From: a virus
Taxonomy: Duplodnaviria; Caudoviricetes
DNA length: 40,469 nucleotides
Reading direction: 5' to 3' (one strand)
Virus record (IMG/VR): IMGVR_UViG_3300049924_000013
Location: 1-40,469 of that record
This document shows positions 27,351 to 36,264 of the stretch, piece by piece. The translations under genes and the position numbers were made by a program. How positions within the stretch are numbered: the first letter of the stretch is position 1; every line of letters starts with the position of its first letter. The notes under the pieces were generated by a model, which was given only the letters and a program-made list of their open reading frames with translations, was not told the DNA's origin and made no database searches.

Positions 27351-27613
27351 TTCGCCGTCTTCATAAACTGATGTAGCAGGTGAGCCATCAACTCCACTTC
27401 CTTCTCATCATGGTCGTTAAGATGTCCCATTGTGTATTTCATAACATGGAACAGTTCATGTAGGAACGTCTGCTCTTTGCTTTGCTTTGGCAACTCCTTC
27501 CTGAGCAATATCACAGCATCGTCCCTATATGTGATTCCACAATCATCCAGCTTAGGTACTTCCTTCACTGTCCATGTAGTACCTCCCATCTCAAATGTCT
27601 TTGGTATTTTCAT
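27347..27613 (-). CDS. Small HExxH metallopeptidase-like protein
   Basis: TFLHELFH...E motif; ATGA coupling to the exonuclease. Confidence 0.7.
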   Translation of the reverse strand: MKIPKTFEMGGTTWTVKEVPKLDDCGITYRDDAVILLRKELPKQSKEQTFLHELFHVMKYTMGHLNDHDEKEVELMAHLLHQFMKTAK

Positions 27614-28281
27614 ATGGGAGGGGTCCATAGTTGAAAAGGTTCTCGTCTAAGCCAAAGAAGTCTAGCATTCTCAAGCAAAACAGCATCGTCAGCATATCCC
27701 AACTTAGCCACATTATACATTTCCTCCTCTGTTATAGCATCCTTCAACATCTTCTCAGCCTTCTTCGGACCAATGCCTGGAATACCTTGAATGTTGTCGG
27801 TACGATCACCAGTGAGTAACTGAGTGTAGAAGAACCGCATAGCCTGTTCTTCCGTGACATAGTTAAACTCTTTCTTGACAAAGTTGTAATGCTTTCCACG
27901 CAGCATATTCAGGTCTTTGTCGGTGGTAATGATTGTGTAGTCTTCAGGATCTGTAGTGTAAGCAGCGATACCAATGGCATCATCAGCTTCCTGCCCCTCT
28001 ACAACCACACATCCCATCTTAACCAAGTGCTTACGTAAGGCTTCATAGTGCTTAGGCTTTGGCTGCTTCCTGTTGCCTTTGTAGGGCTGAGTCTTTGCAA
28101 TGTCCTTGCGGAAGTTACCAGACCCTGTCAGGAAGCCGTCAAAACTGTCACACTTAGCATCAAAGAAGACTACCTCAGTGACAAGGCTGGTGCACCTGTG
28201 CAGTGCAAGAGCCTCGTCTTCATCTTCTGATGCAAAGCCTACCCGATAGCAGATGATGTCAGCATCAAGTAGAGCTTTCAT
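27610..28281 (-). CDS. 5'-3' exonuclease / RNase H (T7 gp6-like)
   Basis: LDAD, YKGNR, EADD, DKDL, GD.TDNI.GIPGIG.K.A (H3TH) motifs. Confidence 0.93.
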   Translation of the reverse strand: MKALLDADIICYRVGFASEDEDEALALHRCTSLVTEVVFFDAKCDSFDGFLTGSGNFRKDIAKTQPYKGNRKQPKPKHYEALRKHLVKMGCVVVEGQEADDAIGIAAYTTDPEDYTIITTDKDLNMLRGKHYNFVKKEFNYVTEEQAMRFFYTQLLTGDRTDNIQGIPGIGPKKAEKMLKDAITEEEMYNVAKLGYADDAVLLENARLLWLRREPFQLWTPPI

Positions 28282-28283
28282 GC

Positions 28284-28691
28284 TTACAGGGCTTCAGATT
28301 CTTCTGCAGACTCTTCCTCCGCACCCCCAAAGACAACCAAGTCTGTGATGACCAGCTTCTGCGGTGAAGGGCTACGGCCTTCTTTGTTCTTAAACTTCCA
28401 GTCGTAATAACCTACGACACACTGAGCTTTAGAACCATTACCAACATTGTCTTCAATACGGCTACCGTCAGGGTTAAAAGCAAAGATAGGACGGTTGGAT
28501 TTCATCGTGATAAACGAACCCTTCTCAGGATTACGGTCAGATGTTTTCACTTCCAAGCCCAACTCTTCAATGGCTGCACAGGCCGCTTTAGACAAGTTGC
28601 ACAGGTCAAACATATACTTGTCGGACATTTCATTCTTCTTTTCCAGGAATGCCCACATAATAGTACCACCAACTTTAACTGAATTTGCCAT
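28284..28691 (-). CDS. Single-stranded DNA-binding protein (gp2.5-like)
   Basis: OB-fold-like pattern with VGNGS and an acidic C-terminal tail; replication module. Confidence 0.75.
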   Translation of the reverse strand: MANSVKVGGTIMWAFLEKKNEMSDKYMFDLCNLSKAACAAIEELGLEVKTSDRNPEKGSFITMKSNRPIFAFNPDGSRIEDNVGNGSKAQCVVGYYDWKFKNKEGRSPSPQKLVITDLVVFGGAEEESAEESEAL

Positions 28692-28766
28692 GATATAGAT
28701 CCTTAAGTTTGTTTAAAAAAGAGGTTAACAACCTGTTTCCCTCTATAGTCATTATACTCGATTTCT

Positions 28767-28916
28767 TCAATTCAACACTTGTTTCTCCTTCTTTTCTAAC
28801 ATTTCTAAGCAATGTTGTAGTATTTTTACAACAATGTCCTCTGAGAACCCAAACGGGGCTGCTAAGGTTATACCGCCCTCTTCAGTGACGGTGATGACTA
28901 CATCAAGACTGTTCAT
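28767..28916 (-). CDS. Small hypothetical protein (49 aa, not in ORF track)
   Basis: MNSLDVVITVTEEGGITLAAPFGFSED...; ATGA overlap with the upstream stop. Confidence 0.55.
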   Translation of the reverse strand: MNSLDVVITVTEEGGITLAAPFGFSEDIVVKILQHCLEMLEKKEKQVLN

Positions 28917-29719
28917 ACAAAGCACTCACAAGGAAGACCCATCTGGTCATCATTATAGTCCCTGAAGTGCTTACGAACACGAGCAAAGAATGTGCGACCA
29001 TCTTCATGCTCTGTTGTCGTGATTCCAAGTTTGTTCATGCTTTCAAACATTTCCTCTAGCTCCTCAAGATAGGTGTCTTTCAGAATAGAATACCCGATAA
29101 CCTCTTCTGACTTCTTAGCCTTTTCCCACAGGTCTTTACGGTTTAGGTAGACAATGTACCAATGCTGCCTCCCTGCCTTAAGACACCCTGTACAATTTGC
29201 GTGTCTAAACAGGTTGTAAGTGTTTGGCGGCTCTATGCCAATCTCTTTGGTGCTGTAGATTGTACGCTCAGGCCACAATGCCAACGGGTAGTCTGTCTTA
29301 AAGCCCCTAGCACCTAGGATTCCTGACCTTCGCTGTACACGGGCAATCTCGTTCTTGTCAAAGCCGTAATAGATGATGCAGTCTTTGTCTGGGACATTCT
29401 CTTCCAACCACTTATCAAAAGGCTCTGTCTTCAGTCGGTGAGTGCACAACGCAGTGCCGTTACCTACCTTGAAGGCTCTGGCATCAATCACGACATCAAA
29501 CTGATCCTTTGTATCCCAATTCTTATGGTTGGCGTAAGTTACAGGGATGCCAAGGTACTCTGCCACTTCCAGTTTAAACCGCTTAATGTCCTTCTCCTCT
29601 ACGCTGGGGTTTATGTCGTGGTTCAGCAGCACCAGATCGTCAACACCATACTTACGAGCTACCTCAATAGCCACCAACGCACTTGAGTGTCCTCCTGAGT
29701 AGCAGACAATGTGTTTCAT
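28913..29719 (-). CDS. PP-loop / PAPS-reductase-like (adenine nucleotide alpha-hydrolase) protein
   Basis: IVCYSGGHSS PP-loop; CT..LK, G....E..R, HANCTGC.K and C-terminal CEC. Confidence 0.8.
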   Translation of the reverse strand: MKHIVCYSGGHSSALVAIEVARKYGVDDLVLLNHDINPSVEEKDIKRFKLEVAEYLGIPVTYANHKNWDTKDQFDVVIDARAFKVGNGTALCTHRLKTEPFDKWLEENVPDKDCIIYYGFDKNEIARVQRRSGILGARGFKTDYPLALWPERTIYSTKEIGIEPPNTYNLFRHANCTGCLKAGRQHWYIVYLNRKDLWEKAKKSEEVIGYSILKDTYLEELEEMFESMNKLGITTTEHEDGRTFFARVRKHFRDYNDDQMGLPCECFV

Positions 29720-29895
29720 ATGTATTTCCTAAAAAAGTATCTGACGTAGTAGGCTTTGATAAACGATATGACAGAGTTTAGAACCACCATCGATATATTT
29801 AATGTGAACCCAATGTTAAAAATAAAATGGTTGGAGATGAAAATTAGGATAGACCCGATAATCACCTGTGCCCATGCTTCATAGACTGCCTTCAA
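29716..29895 (-). CDS. Small two-helix membrane protein
   Basis: TTG start overlapping the polymerase stop after GGAGG; hydrophobic, AT-rich; ends S....Y..R.FF. Confidence 0.6.
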   Translation of the reverse strand: MKAVYEAWAQVIIGSILIFISNHFIFNIGFTLNISMVVLNSVISFIKAYYVRYFFRKYI

Positions 29896-31562
29896 TGTGT
29901 TTCCCTCCAGTTCCTTCCTACTTTGTACTCCCCATCCAAGGGGCACTTCATTTTAAAAGCCTCACCAGCGGCCTTTATAGCCTCCACAGCAGCTTTTCCT
30001 ACTAGGTCTGCATGGCGGGTAGCCACTTCCATCTGGAACTCGTCATGGACGTTAGCTACAAAGAGAGCGTCCCACTTGTTCTTCCTGATTTCAGCGTCCA
30101 GAATAACCAAGGCTTTCTTCATAATGATGGCTCCAGCACCCTGCAGCAATGTATTCAGTGCGGCGTGTTCACTGCGAACCCATAGTTGCCTTTTATCTAT
30201 CGCAGAAACTTTACCAGTTTTAGCATTATGTGCAACCTTCTCCATAAGCCGCTTAAGAGAGGGAGTCTGCTTAAGAAACTTGGTTTTAAGGGCTTTACCC
30301 TCACCAGCTCCTCCACCAACAATGCTACCAATCTTAGAATCTCCTGCTCCGTAAAGGAATGCGTAGATAAATGTTTTCGCATTGTCTCTAGTAGGTAGAC
30401 CCGCTGCCTTTTGGTTGACAGTATGAATGTCGGTTCCGTCTTTACTGGAGCCACTGATGACTGTTTTAACATATCCTTCATCTTCCATATAGTGAGCTAA
30501 CATACGCAGTTCCAGACCACTGGCATCTGCACCAACCAACACCTTACCTTCAGGGACGGTGAAGCACTGACGGCACTCAGGACCATACTCAGATCCTGCA
30601 TTGGGTATCTGAGCCATGTTAGGCTTACTATGCGTCATTCGCCCCGTCACTGCACCTAAAGTGTTCACACGGCCTCGGATACGCCCATCAGCCTCCACAG
30701 CCTCCAGCCACTGTTCAACCTGACTAACCCGCTTTGTCAGCATCAGGTAACGCAGCACAGCCTTGGCTTCAGGGATGTCACAATCCGACAAAGTCTCCTC
30801 GTCTACCGCGGGGTTACCTCCTGGAGTTTGCTTAGTAGGCTTCCAGCCAGCTTCAATCAACTTCTCAGCCACTTGTTGCCTGCTACCAACATTGAAGCGG
30901 ATAACCTCTTCCTTTAGCGGCTTTCCGGTGGTCTTATGGAACCGCTGAATACGCTGCTCAGGCCATCGGAGCTGCATAGCCTCATCAACCTCTGCAACCT
31001 CACCATTCAGCTTACTGAGTAGGGTATTTGCATACGCTACATCCAGCATAAATCCGTTAGTCTCCTGCTTCTTGATGATGGCTGCAACGTCCATCTCAAG
31101 CTGGACACACTCGTCGCTAAAGCCGTGCGTAGCCTTTTCAGCCATCAGCATATCGTAGACCTTGTGCAGGGCTTCAATGTCCTGTACGCAATAGTCAATC
31201 AAGCTCTGGAGATCAGACTCAACCAGATCATAGTCGGTGAAGTCAATCTTGAAACTCCCTGCGCTCTTGCTTAACTCGGCTAGACTGTGCCCATTCTCTC
31301 TGTTTGGATTTAATAGGCGACTCAAGACGAGAGTATCGTAGGCTTGCTTCCGTACTATCCTCGTATTCCATAGCTTGTTCAATAGAGGAGCATCGAATCC
31401 AATTAGATTGTGACCGATTATTGTAGATGCCTCCTTTAGATACTCCGACAGGCCGCTTGCTTCTTTCCATACCTTCACCTCGTTTGTTTCAATGTTCTTT
31501 GTCACACAGCACCAGATGGTTTTGTGATCCATTGTTGTTTCAATGTCAAGTAGTAGTTTCAT
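29892..31562 (-). CDS. DNA polymerase family A (T7-like) with 3'-5' exonuclease
   Basis: LDIET, GHN.IGFD, DASGLELR (motif A), AKTFIYAFLYG (motif B, Tyr at the 762-equivalent position), NVHDEFQ (motif C). Confidence 0.97.
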   Translation of the reverse strand: MKLLLDIETTMDHKTIWCCVTKNIETNEVKVWKEASGLSEYLKEASTIIGHNLIGFDAPLLNKLWNTRIVRKQAYDTLVLSRLLNPNRENGHSLAELSKSAGSFKIDFTDYDLVESDLQSLIDYCVQDIEALHKVYDMLMAEKATHGFSDECVQLEMDVAAIIKKQETNGFMLDVAYANTLLSKLNGEVAEVDEAMQLRWPEQRIQRFHKTTGKPLKEEVIRFNVGSRQQVAEKLIEAGWKPTKQTPGGNPAVDEETLSDCDIPEAKAVLRYLMLTKRVSQVEQWLEAVEADGRIRGRVNTLGAVTGRMTHSKPNMAQIPNAGSEYGPECRQCFTVPEGKVLVGADASGLELRMLAHYMEDEGYVKTVISGSSKDGTDIHTVNQKAAGLPTRDNAKTFIYAFLYGAGDSKIGSIVGGGAGEGKALKTKFLKQTPSLKRLMEKVAHNAKTGKVSAIDKRQLWVRSEHAALNTLLQGAGAIIMKKALVILDAEIRKNKWDALFVANVHDEFQMEVATRHADLVGKAAVEAIKAAGEAFKMKCPLDGEYKVGRNWRETH

Positions 31563-32068
31563 ACCATCATTCCATTATCTTTTAGTGTCTTCCACCTAGT
31601 AGCCATCATAAAAAATTCCTCAAAAGATGAATTACTTTTCATGCTGTTTGCTTTCATCGAAATAACCCATACATTTCCTTTTATATATCCTTTAGAAGAA
31701 TCTATACGATCTAAGCTAGGGGAGTTATATTTTACAACCTTTTGACCATCGGCCACTTTTAATTCTACTCCCAGAAGAGGGCAATATTTTGGTATTTTTA
31801 TATCCTCTCTCTCGATATTGAACTCCATCCCTGCTGTTTTGGCTCGATGCCTTGCTGCTCCTAGCATTCGTACTTCAGTGCTTCTACGATAATAGGCTTT
31901 ATCCTTAACCCTCAGCAACTCTCTGTTTTCATTCCGATATTTTTCAACTGTTTCCAAAACCTTCTCGGTGTTATCTTTGTAATACTGATTAGCCTTGGCT
32001 TTAACCTTCTCCTTATGTTTCTCGTAATAGGCTGTGTTGTACTGTTTAGTTTGCTCTTTAGTTCTCAT
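31559..32068 (-). CDS. HNH-type homing endonuclease
   Basis: CPLLG...PSLDRID...GY..GNV.VIS..AN.MK; AT-rich; free-standing between helicase and polymerase; GGAGG RBS. Confidence 0.85.
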   Translation of the reverse strand: MRTKEQTKQYNTAYYEKHKEKVKAKANQYYKDNTEKVLETVEKYRNENRELLRVKDKAYYRRSTEVRMLGAARHRAKTAGMEFNIEREDIKIPKYCPLLGVELKVADGQKVVKYNSPSLDRIDSSKGYIKGNVWVISMKANSMKSNSSFEEFFMMATRWKTLKDNGMMV

Positions 32069-32087
32069 AAGTTCCTCCAAAAGCATA

Positions 32088-32116
32088 ATTATACACTAAA
32101 TAACAGAACAACACAA
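32088..32116 (-). promoter_or_regulatory. Putative sigma70 promoter ahead of the HNH gene
   Basis: Minus strand TTGTGT-N17-TATAAT. Confidence 0.5.
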
Positions 32117-32130
32117 CACTATTCTTTAAA

Positions 32131-33729
32131 TTAGAGTGAATTATCCACCTGTTTCATACGTCCTGTTGCTTTATTGTAAAGAAGGGAGCCAGCATCGCCT
32201 GTGTCTCCACTAAACCTTGACTTTAACACCCTAATATGTGTTGTGTTGCGGCTAACAAGGTCTTCATCCTGTCCATTCCGCTCCAGCCCTATCACCATAT
32301 CGCTCAATTGAGCAATAGCTGCACTCCCTCGTAGCTGTGAAAGTGAGGTACGCGCCCCATCTTCGTGGCCTTTGCCCTCACCACGGCGTAGGTGCGACAC
32401 ACAAATTAGGCTAATGTTAGTTTCCTGCACCAACGTGCGTAGTTTTGTCATCAATTCATCAATCGCCTTACGTTCATCTGCGTTTGCCCCGTCAGAAACC
32501 AGGAGTGAGAGGTGATCTAAAAAGACATAGCCACACTCTAGTCCCTTCGCCATGTATTTGATACGGGAGATTACGTTGTCAATTCCTAAGCTGCCGAAAT
32601 GGTCAAACATGAACACCTTACCACTTCCAATAGTAAGGTCATACGCCTTCTTCAATTCATCATCAGTGACGGCAACATCAGGTAGATGAATAGGTTTATC
32701 TAAGGCCAGTGACATCAAGCTCCGCGCTGTTTTATGGATGCCTTCCTCAAGAAACATAAGCCCGACATTATCACTTGTCTTCTGGAGGATATGATAAGCA
32801 ATCTCCCGCACAAACTGGCTCTTACCTAGTCCTGACCCTGCGGTTACAGTTACTAACTCCCCTTTGCGAATACCGTAGGTGAGCGTATTCAACTCAGACC
32901 AAGGATACATTACATCTGATTTAGTAATGGGCTTATTAACCAACTCCCAAAGGGCTGTACCTGCGACGATACCGTCAGGGACATAGGATTCTGCAGCCCA
33001 CCAGTTTTTATTCCATGCTTCAACGTCACCGGCGACAAGGTAGTCACAGGCATCCTTATGCTTCTGGTGCTTAATCACCTTGGCTTTATTCCCGAATAGC
33101 TCTGCAACCTGCGCAGCCGCCTTTTTCCCTGGTTCATCACCGTCAAAGGCAATGACAATGTTGTCAAAGCTATCCAGCCACTCGTACTGCTCTTTACAGC
33201 CCTTCAGAGCCGCTGCAGCACCGTTCTTAATAGACACCACAGGCCACTTGCTGCCCATCATCTGGTAAGCCGCCAGCGCGTCAAATTCACCCTCTACAAT
33301 GGTGATGTACTTTCCACCTTTAGTGAACAAGTGTTGACCGAATAGCGCAGCCTCGGATGCCGACCCGTCAAAGCTAAACTGCTTGTCAGGGTAACGGGTC
33401 TTTACAGCCACCAACGCACCGTCCTTGTTCTGGTATGGGAATAACACCTTACCCTTGCTGGTCTTTACACCATACTTCTGAACGGTGGTATAGGTGATGT
33501 TACGGTCTTTGACGGCTTCGATGTCGGCTTCGTTGTATTGCTGGTGGTTCATTGGTTTCTTTGTAGGTGTTGAAGGTCTGACTATTTCTTTGTTGTCGTA
33601 ACTTAGCTGCTCACAGGCAAAGCAGTAGGCTTTACCGTCTGAGTAGGTGGCTCTGGCATCACTGCTTCCACAGTCTGGACATCCTGTGTGGCCTGTGAAG
33701 TTTGCTTTGCCCCGAAAATTGTGTCCCAT
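32131..33729 (-). CDS. Primase-helicase (T7 gp4-like)
   Basis: Zn finger CPDC...CFAC, Toprim EGEFDA/FDGD, Walker A AGSGLGKS, LDHL, SHL.R, LRGS. Confidence 0.97.
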   Translation of the reverse strand: MGHNFRGKANFTGHTGCPDCGSSDARATYSDGKAYCFACEQLSYDNKEIVRPSTPTKKPMNHQQYNEADIEAVKDRNITYTTVQKYGVKTSKGKVLFPYQNKDGALVAVKTRYPDKQFSFDGSASEAALFGQHLFTKGGKYITIVEGEFDALAAYQMMGSKWPVVSIKNGAAAALKGCKEQYEWLDSFDNIVIAFDGDEPGKKAAAQVAELFGNKAKVIKHQKHKDACDYLVAGDVEAWNKNWWAAESYVPDGIVAGTALWELVNKPITKSDVMYPWSELNTLTYGIRKGELVTVTAGSGLGKSQFVREIAYHILQKTSDNVGLMFLEEGIHKTARSLMSLALDKPIHLPDVAVTDDELKKAYDLTIGSGKVFMFDHFGSLGIDNVISRIKYMAKGLECGYVFLDHLSLLVSDGANADERKAIDELMTKLRTLVQETNISLICVSHLRRGEGKGHEDGARTSLSQLRGSAAIAQLSDMVIGLERNGQDEDLVSRNTTHIRVLKSRFSGDTGDAGSLLYNKATGRMKQVDNSL

Positions 33730-33794
33730 GCTTTGCTATATGCCTCGTGGTTGGTTGGACGTTGTTTACTTCCCTTTCCTGCCTCTCTTGTCAT
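33603..33794 (-). CDS. Small protein with GKGS..RP...W..IFG motif
   Basis: AAGGA RBS, ATGA coupling; motif familiar from small phage proteins; overlaps the primase 5' end. Confidence 0.55.
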   Translation of the reverse strand: MTREAGKGSKQRPTNHEAYSKAWDTIFGAKQTSQATQDVQTVEAVMPEPPTQTVKPTALPVSS

Positions 33795-33976
33795 TGTTCA
33801 ATCCTTGAAAGTGTTTCACAGACTTCATTATACAACGCCTCTACATAAAACAACTGGTCATGCTTAATATTACTTCGTAGGGTGTTGCGTATTTCAGACA
33901 GCATAGCCCAGGCTTCTGCTGCATGGTGAAGCATATCAGCTTCTGCTCTGTCTTCTGTTGAGAAGGTATAGTTCAT
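33791..33976 (-). CDS. Hypothetical protein
   Basis: Start at ATG 33976 (ATGA overlap). Confidence 0.6.
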   Translation of the reverse strand: MNYTFSTEDRAEADMLHHAAEAWAMLSEIRNTLRSNIKHDQLFYVEALYNEVCETLSRIEQ

Positions 33977-34254
33977 ACACCCCCCAGCTGTGCGCGGAGA
34001 GCTTCGCAAGACCAATCCAAGTCTTGAGCAATGCTGCAAAAGTCACCGCATTCTGGAACTCTTGCCTTCGCCGTATTTATCATCGCTGTATTGCAGGCAC
34101 GTTCTATAGCTTCAAGCGCCTCCCGCATCAACGCTTCGTCAGCACGGCGGCTGTCCAGCAAAGCATCACGCTCACCTTGCAGCCTCGCGCATCCAGCGCT
34201 TAAGTCAGCCGCCGCCTTGTTTACCATGTGGTACTTCATTTCCCATTCAGTCAT
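33973..34254 (-). CDS. Hypothetical coiled-coil protein
   Basis: AAGGAG RBS, ATGA coupling. Confidence 0.65.
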   Translation of the reverse strand: MTEWEMKYHMVNKAAADLSAGCARLQGERDALLDSRRADEALMREALEAIERACNTAMINTAKARVPECGDFCSIAQDLDWSCEALRAQLGGV

Positions 34255-34463
34255 TCTGGTTTCTCCTTCATGGCTGCGGCAATGTCTAGGTCAAGGTTTG
34301 GATGCGCTATGAACGCCATGTCAAGCATCTCCCTCGTCCTCTCAGCATCCTGCACAACAGTACGCACCGCATCGGATAGAGCCTTGCGCTGGCTTGTAAC
34401 TTGTTCAAACGGCCATGCTCTTGCATACGCATCAGCCAGCGCCATCAATTCGGTGTGGGTCAT
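34251..34463 (-). CDS. Hypothetical protein sharing its N-terminal module with 34460-35122
   Basis: MTH..LMALADAYA.A...R.ALSDA shared; AAGGAG RBS. Confidence 0.7.
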   Translation of the reverse strand: MTHTELMALADAYARAWPFEQVTSQRKALSDAVRTVVQDAERTREMLDMAFIAHPNLDLDIAAAMKEKPE

Positions 34464-34474
34464 AGTTTCTCCTT
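34423..34474. repeat. 52 bp direct repeat, copy 1 (RBS + gene start)
   Basis: 47/52 identical to 35082-35133. Confidence 0.85.
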
Positions 34475-35122
34475 TGGGCTGGTGTACAGCGGCTCGAACC
34501 CGTTGCGTGGGTACACACTGAATTCATATTCAACATCGCCGTACTCGTCATGGGAAATGTCGTAGTACGCTACCGGCGGTGCTTTCTGGCGCAGTTCAAA
34601 GATGTGGTTTATCTTCCGCATCTCGTCTTGCAAGTCTCCGTTTTCCAGACCAAGTTCCATGTTCGCTTTGTGCAGTTGTTCAATCTCTGCTTGCATGGCG
34701 TTCAGGGTGTCGGCGTTTACTTCGTGCACAGCTTTCCACTTCTCAATCTCGGCTTCCGCTTCATTCAGCGCCTCGTCCCTGCGTAGGTCTGCGTTGTCGG
34801 CTTTGAGTTTTTCAATATCAAGTAGCCGCTCTGAGTAGGCTCGGTCTCCTTCGTCAAGCAATCGGCGATAGTTGTTGGCTGCGTATGTCTGCACACCTAA
34901 TTCTTTCTTCAAGCGTCCTGTTTCTGCCTCAAGTTCAATCGCCTTTCGCATGAATGAGTTCTCTGATTTGTCGAAGGCATCGAGGTCATCGCACACCTGT
35001 TTCAGCGCATCGGATAGGGCGGCTCGGGTGTCACGACGATTTGTTGTGGTGTCGCTCAATGGAAAGTATTGAGGTGCAGCGGCATACGCATCAGCCAGTG
35101 CCATCAAATCTTTGTGGGTCAT
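34460..35122 (-). CDS. Modular coiled-coil protein (Ea22-like architecture)
   Basis: Shared N-module, long heptad region, C-terminal PVAY...PLY module. Confidence 0.65.
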   Translation of the reverse strand: MTHKDLMALADAYAAAPQYFPLSDTTTNRRDTRAALSDALKQVCDDLDAFDKSENSFMRKAIELEAETGRLKKELGVQTYAANNYRRLLDEGDRAYSERLLDIEKLKADNADLRRDEALNEAEAEIEKWKAVHEVNADTLNAMQAEIEQLHKANMELGLENGDLQDEMRKINHIFELRQKAPPVAYYDISHDEYGDVEYEFSVYPRNGFEPLYTSPKEKL

Positions 35123-35133
35123 GGTTTCTCCTT
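35082..35133. repeat. 52 bp direct repeat, copy 2
   Basis: 47/52 identical to 34423-34474. Confidence 0.85.
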
Positions 35134-35568
35134 GGTGTAGTAGTGCGTCTGGTAGTCCCGCATTGGCTCACTAGGTGCGTCGAGGGCGGCACGGGCTTGG
35201 TCAAACGTAGGTTTATTCCACTCGTCTTCATCCATGCCAAACTGCGTAAGCATTGCATTCAGAGCAGAGCGCAACTTCCCTCCAGATGGCGTGACAAGCT
35301 CATCCCAATGGCAACGTGGGCACTGACCGTTTTTGTCGGTGCTGGTGCCTGAATACCCACACACTCCACAGATTGCAGGCTCACTCGGTGCGTCGAGCAG
35401 GGCGCAGATTTCATTGACCAATGCGTTGAACGTTGCCAGTGTTGCGTCAGACCGCTTGTTCTCGCTCCATGATTCGCTGTCAGCCTGTTGCCAGTATGTT
35501 TGTCCAAGATTGAATGCTTGTTTCAGCACCTGCTCCAGCACCTCGCGGTCAACTAAGATTTTGGTCAT
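35119..35568 (-). CDS. Modular hypothetical protein with CxxC...CxxC finger and duplicated LDAPSEP linker
   Basis: CGVC...CPRC; LDAPSEP twice (19/20 nt identity, 35165-35184 vs 35378-35397). Confidence 0.65.
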   Translation of the reverse strand: MTKILVDREVLEQVLKQAFNLGQTYWQQADSESWSENKRSDATLATFNALVNEICALLDAPSEPAICGVCGYSGTSTDKNGQCPRCHWDELVTPSGGKLRSALNAMLTQFGMDEDEWNKPTFDQARAALDAPSEPMRDYQTHYYTKEKP

Positions 35569-35762
35569 TTCATACTCCTGATAGCTTGGCGTACATGGGC
35601 TTCCATCTGCACACTGCCGCCGTTAAATGCAACTTCGCCACAAGCCGCTTCCGCACAAGCCTCAACCACGGCATCGCGGTAGGCAAGCATTTGGGCTTCG
35701 GTGTAGATGTCGCCGTATCCACGGATGTAGTCGCGGGGTTCTGGTAGTGGCGGGAGTGTCAT
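35565..35762 (-). CDS. Hypothetical protein
   Basis: LPPLPEP...YTEAQM.AY pattern; coupled ORF. Confidence 0.6.
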   Translation of the reverse strand: MTLPPLPEPRDYIRGYGDIYTEAQMLAYRDAVVEACAEAACGEVAFNGGSVQMEAHVRQAIRSMK

Positions 35763-35944
35763 TATTTCACTTCTTTCCTGGTTAATTCATCCATGATGTC
35801 TGCAAACACAGTCAGTACACCATACTTAGCTACAAAGTCTCTAACACTCCATAGCATAGTCTGATACGAAAGAGCTTCATAGACTGCATAGTCTTCATAG
35901 CCTTTGTCTTCAATGCCAATCATCATTTGTTTTACTTTACCCAT
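35762..35944 (-). CDS. Hypothetical protein
   Basis: MGKVKQ start after GGAG. Confidence 0.6.
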   Translation of the reverse strand: MGKVKQMMIGIEDKGYEDYAVYEALSYQTMLWSVRDFVAKYGVLTVFADIMDELTRKEVK

Positions 35945-35945
35945 C

Positions 35946-36140
35946 TTAGTTCTCCAAATAGGTATCATCACCTATATAGGTTATTATACCAGCAGAGTCT
36001 AAGATTTCACTAACACTTTCAGCATCTTCCTCATAGAGTGTTGTACAACTACAACATACATCTAGGTATTCATCAGTTTTTGTGTCAACCATAGTGGCTT
36101 CATAGTCGGTCAATAGGGCGTTGCAGTGTATGCATCTCAT
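35946..36140 (-). CDS. Small zinc-finger protein
   Basis: MRCIHCN.LL.D.E...YLD.C..C; GAGG RBS. Confidence 0.7.
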   Translation of the reverse strand: MRCIHCNALLTDYEATMVDTKTDEYLDVCCSCTTLYEEDAESVSEILDSAGIITYIGDDTYLEN

Positions 36141-36264
36141 TTAAGGGCCTCTTTATCAGTTAAGGTAGGGTGGTATAGGCTTCATTGGTTTGAAGCCTTC
36201 TAGGTGTGTTTAAACGCTTATGAGCGCCATAGTTTAACAAGGGCTAGTATGATGGCTGCAAAAC

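Noticed and set aside
2828-28581. Scattered CTGCACAG copies in coding regions
   Set aside because: Largely explicable by frequent codon runs such as GCT GCA CAG (Ala-Ala-Gln); enrichment cannot be claimed without a codon-aware count.
28751-28779. Minus-strand TATAAT upstream of the SSB gene
   Set aside because: No acceptable -35 at 16-18 bp (TTGAAT is only 13 bp away); not listed as a promoter, though it could be activator-dependent.
28813-28833. TGTTGT-N9-ACAACA as a fourth operator copy
   Set aside because: The spacer is 9 rather than 6 bp and it lies within a small ORF; possible but not supportable.
29892-33729. Introns or inteins in polymerase, helicase, RNR or terminase
   Set aside because: All are uninterrupted, of normal or compact length, with complete motifs; the HNH gene is intergenic.
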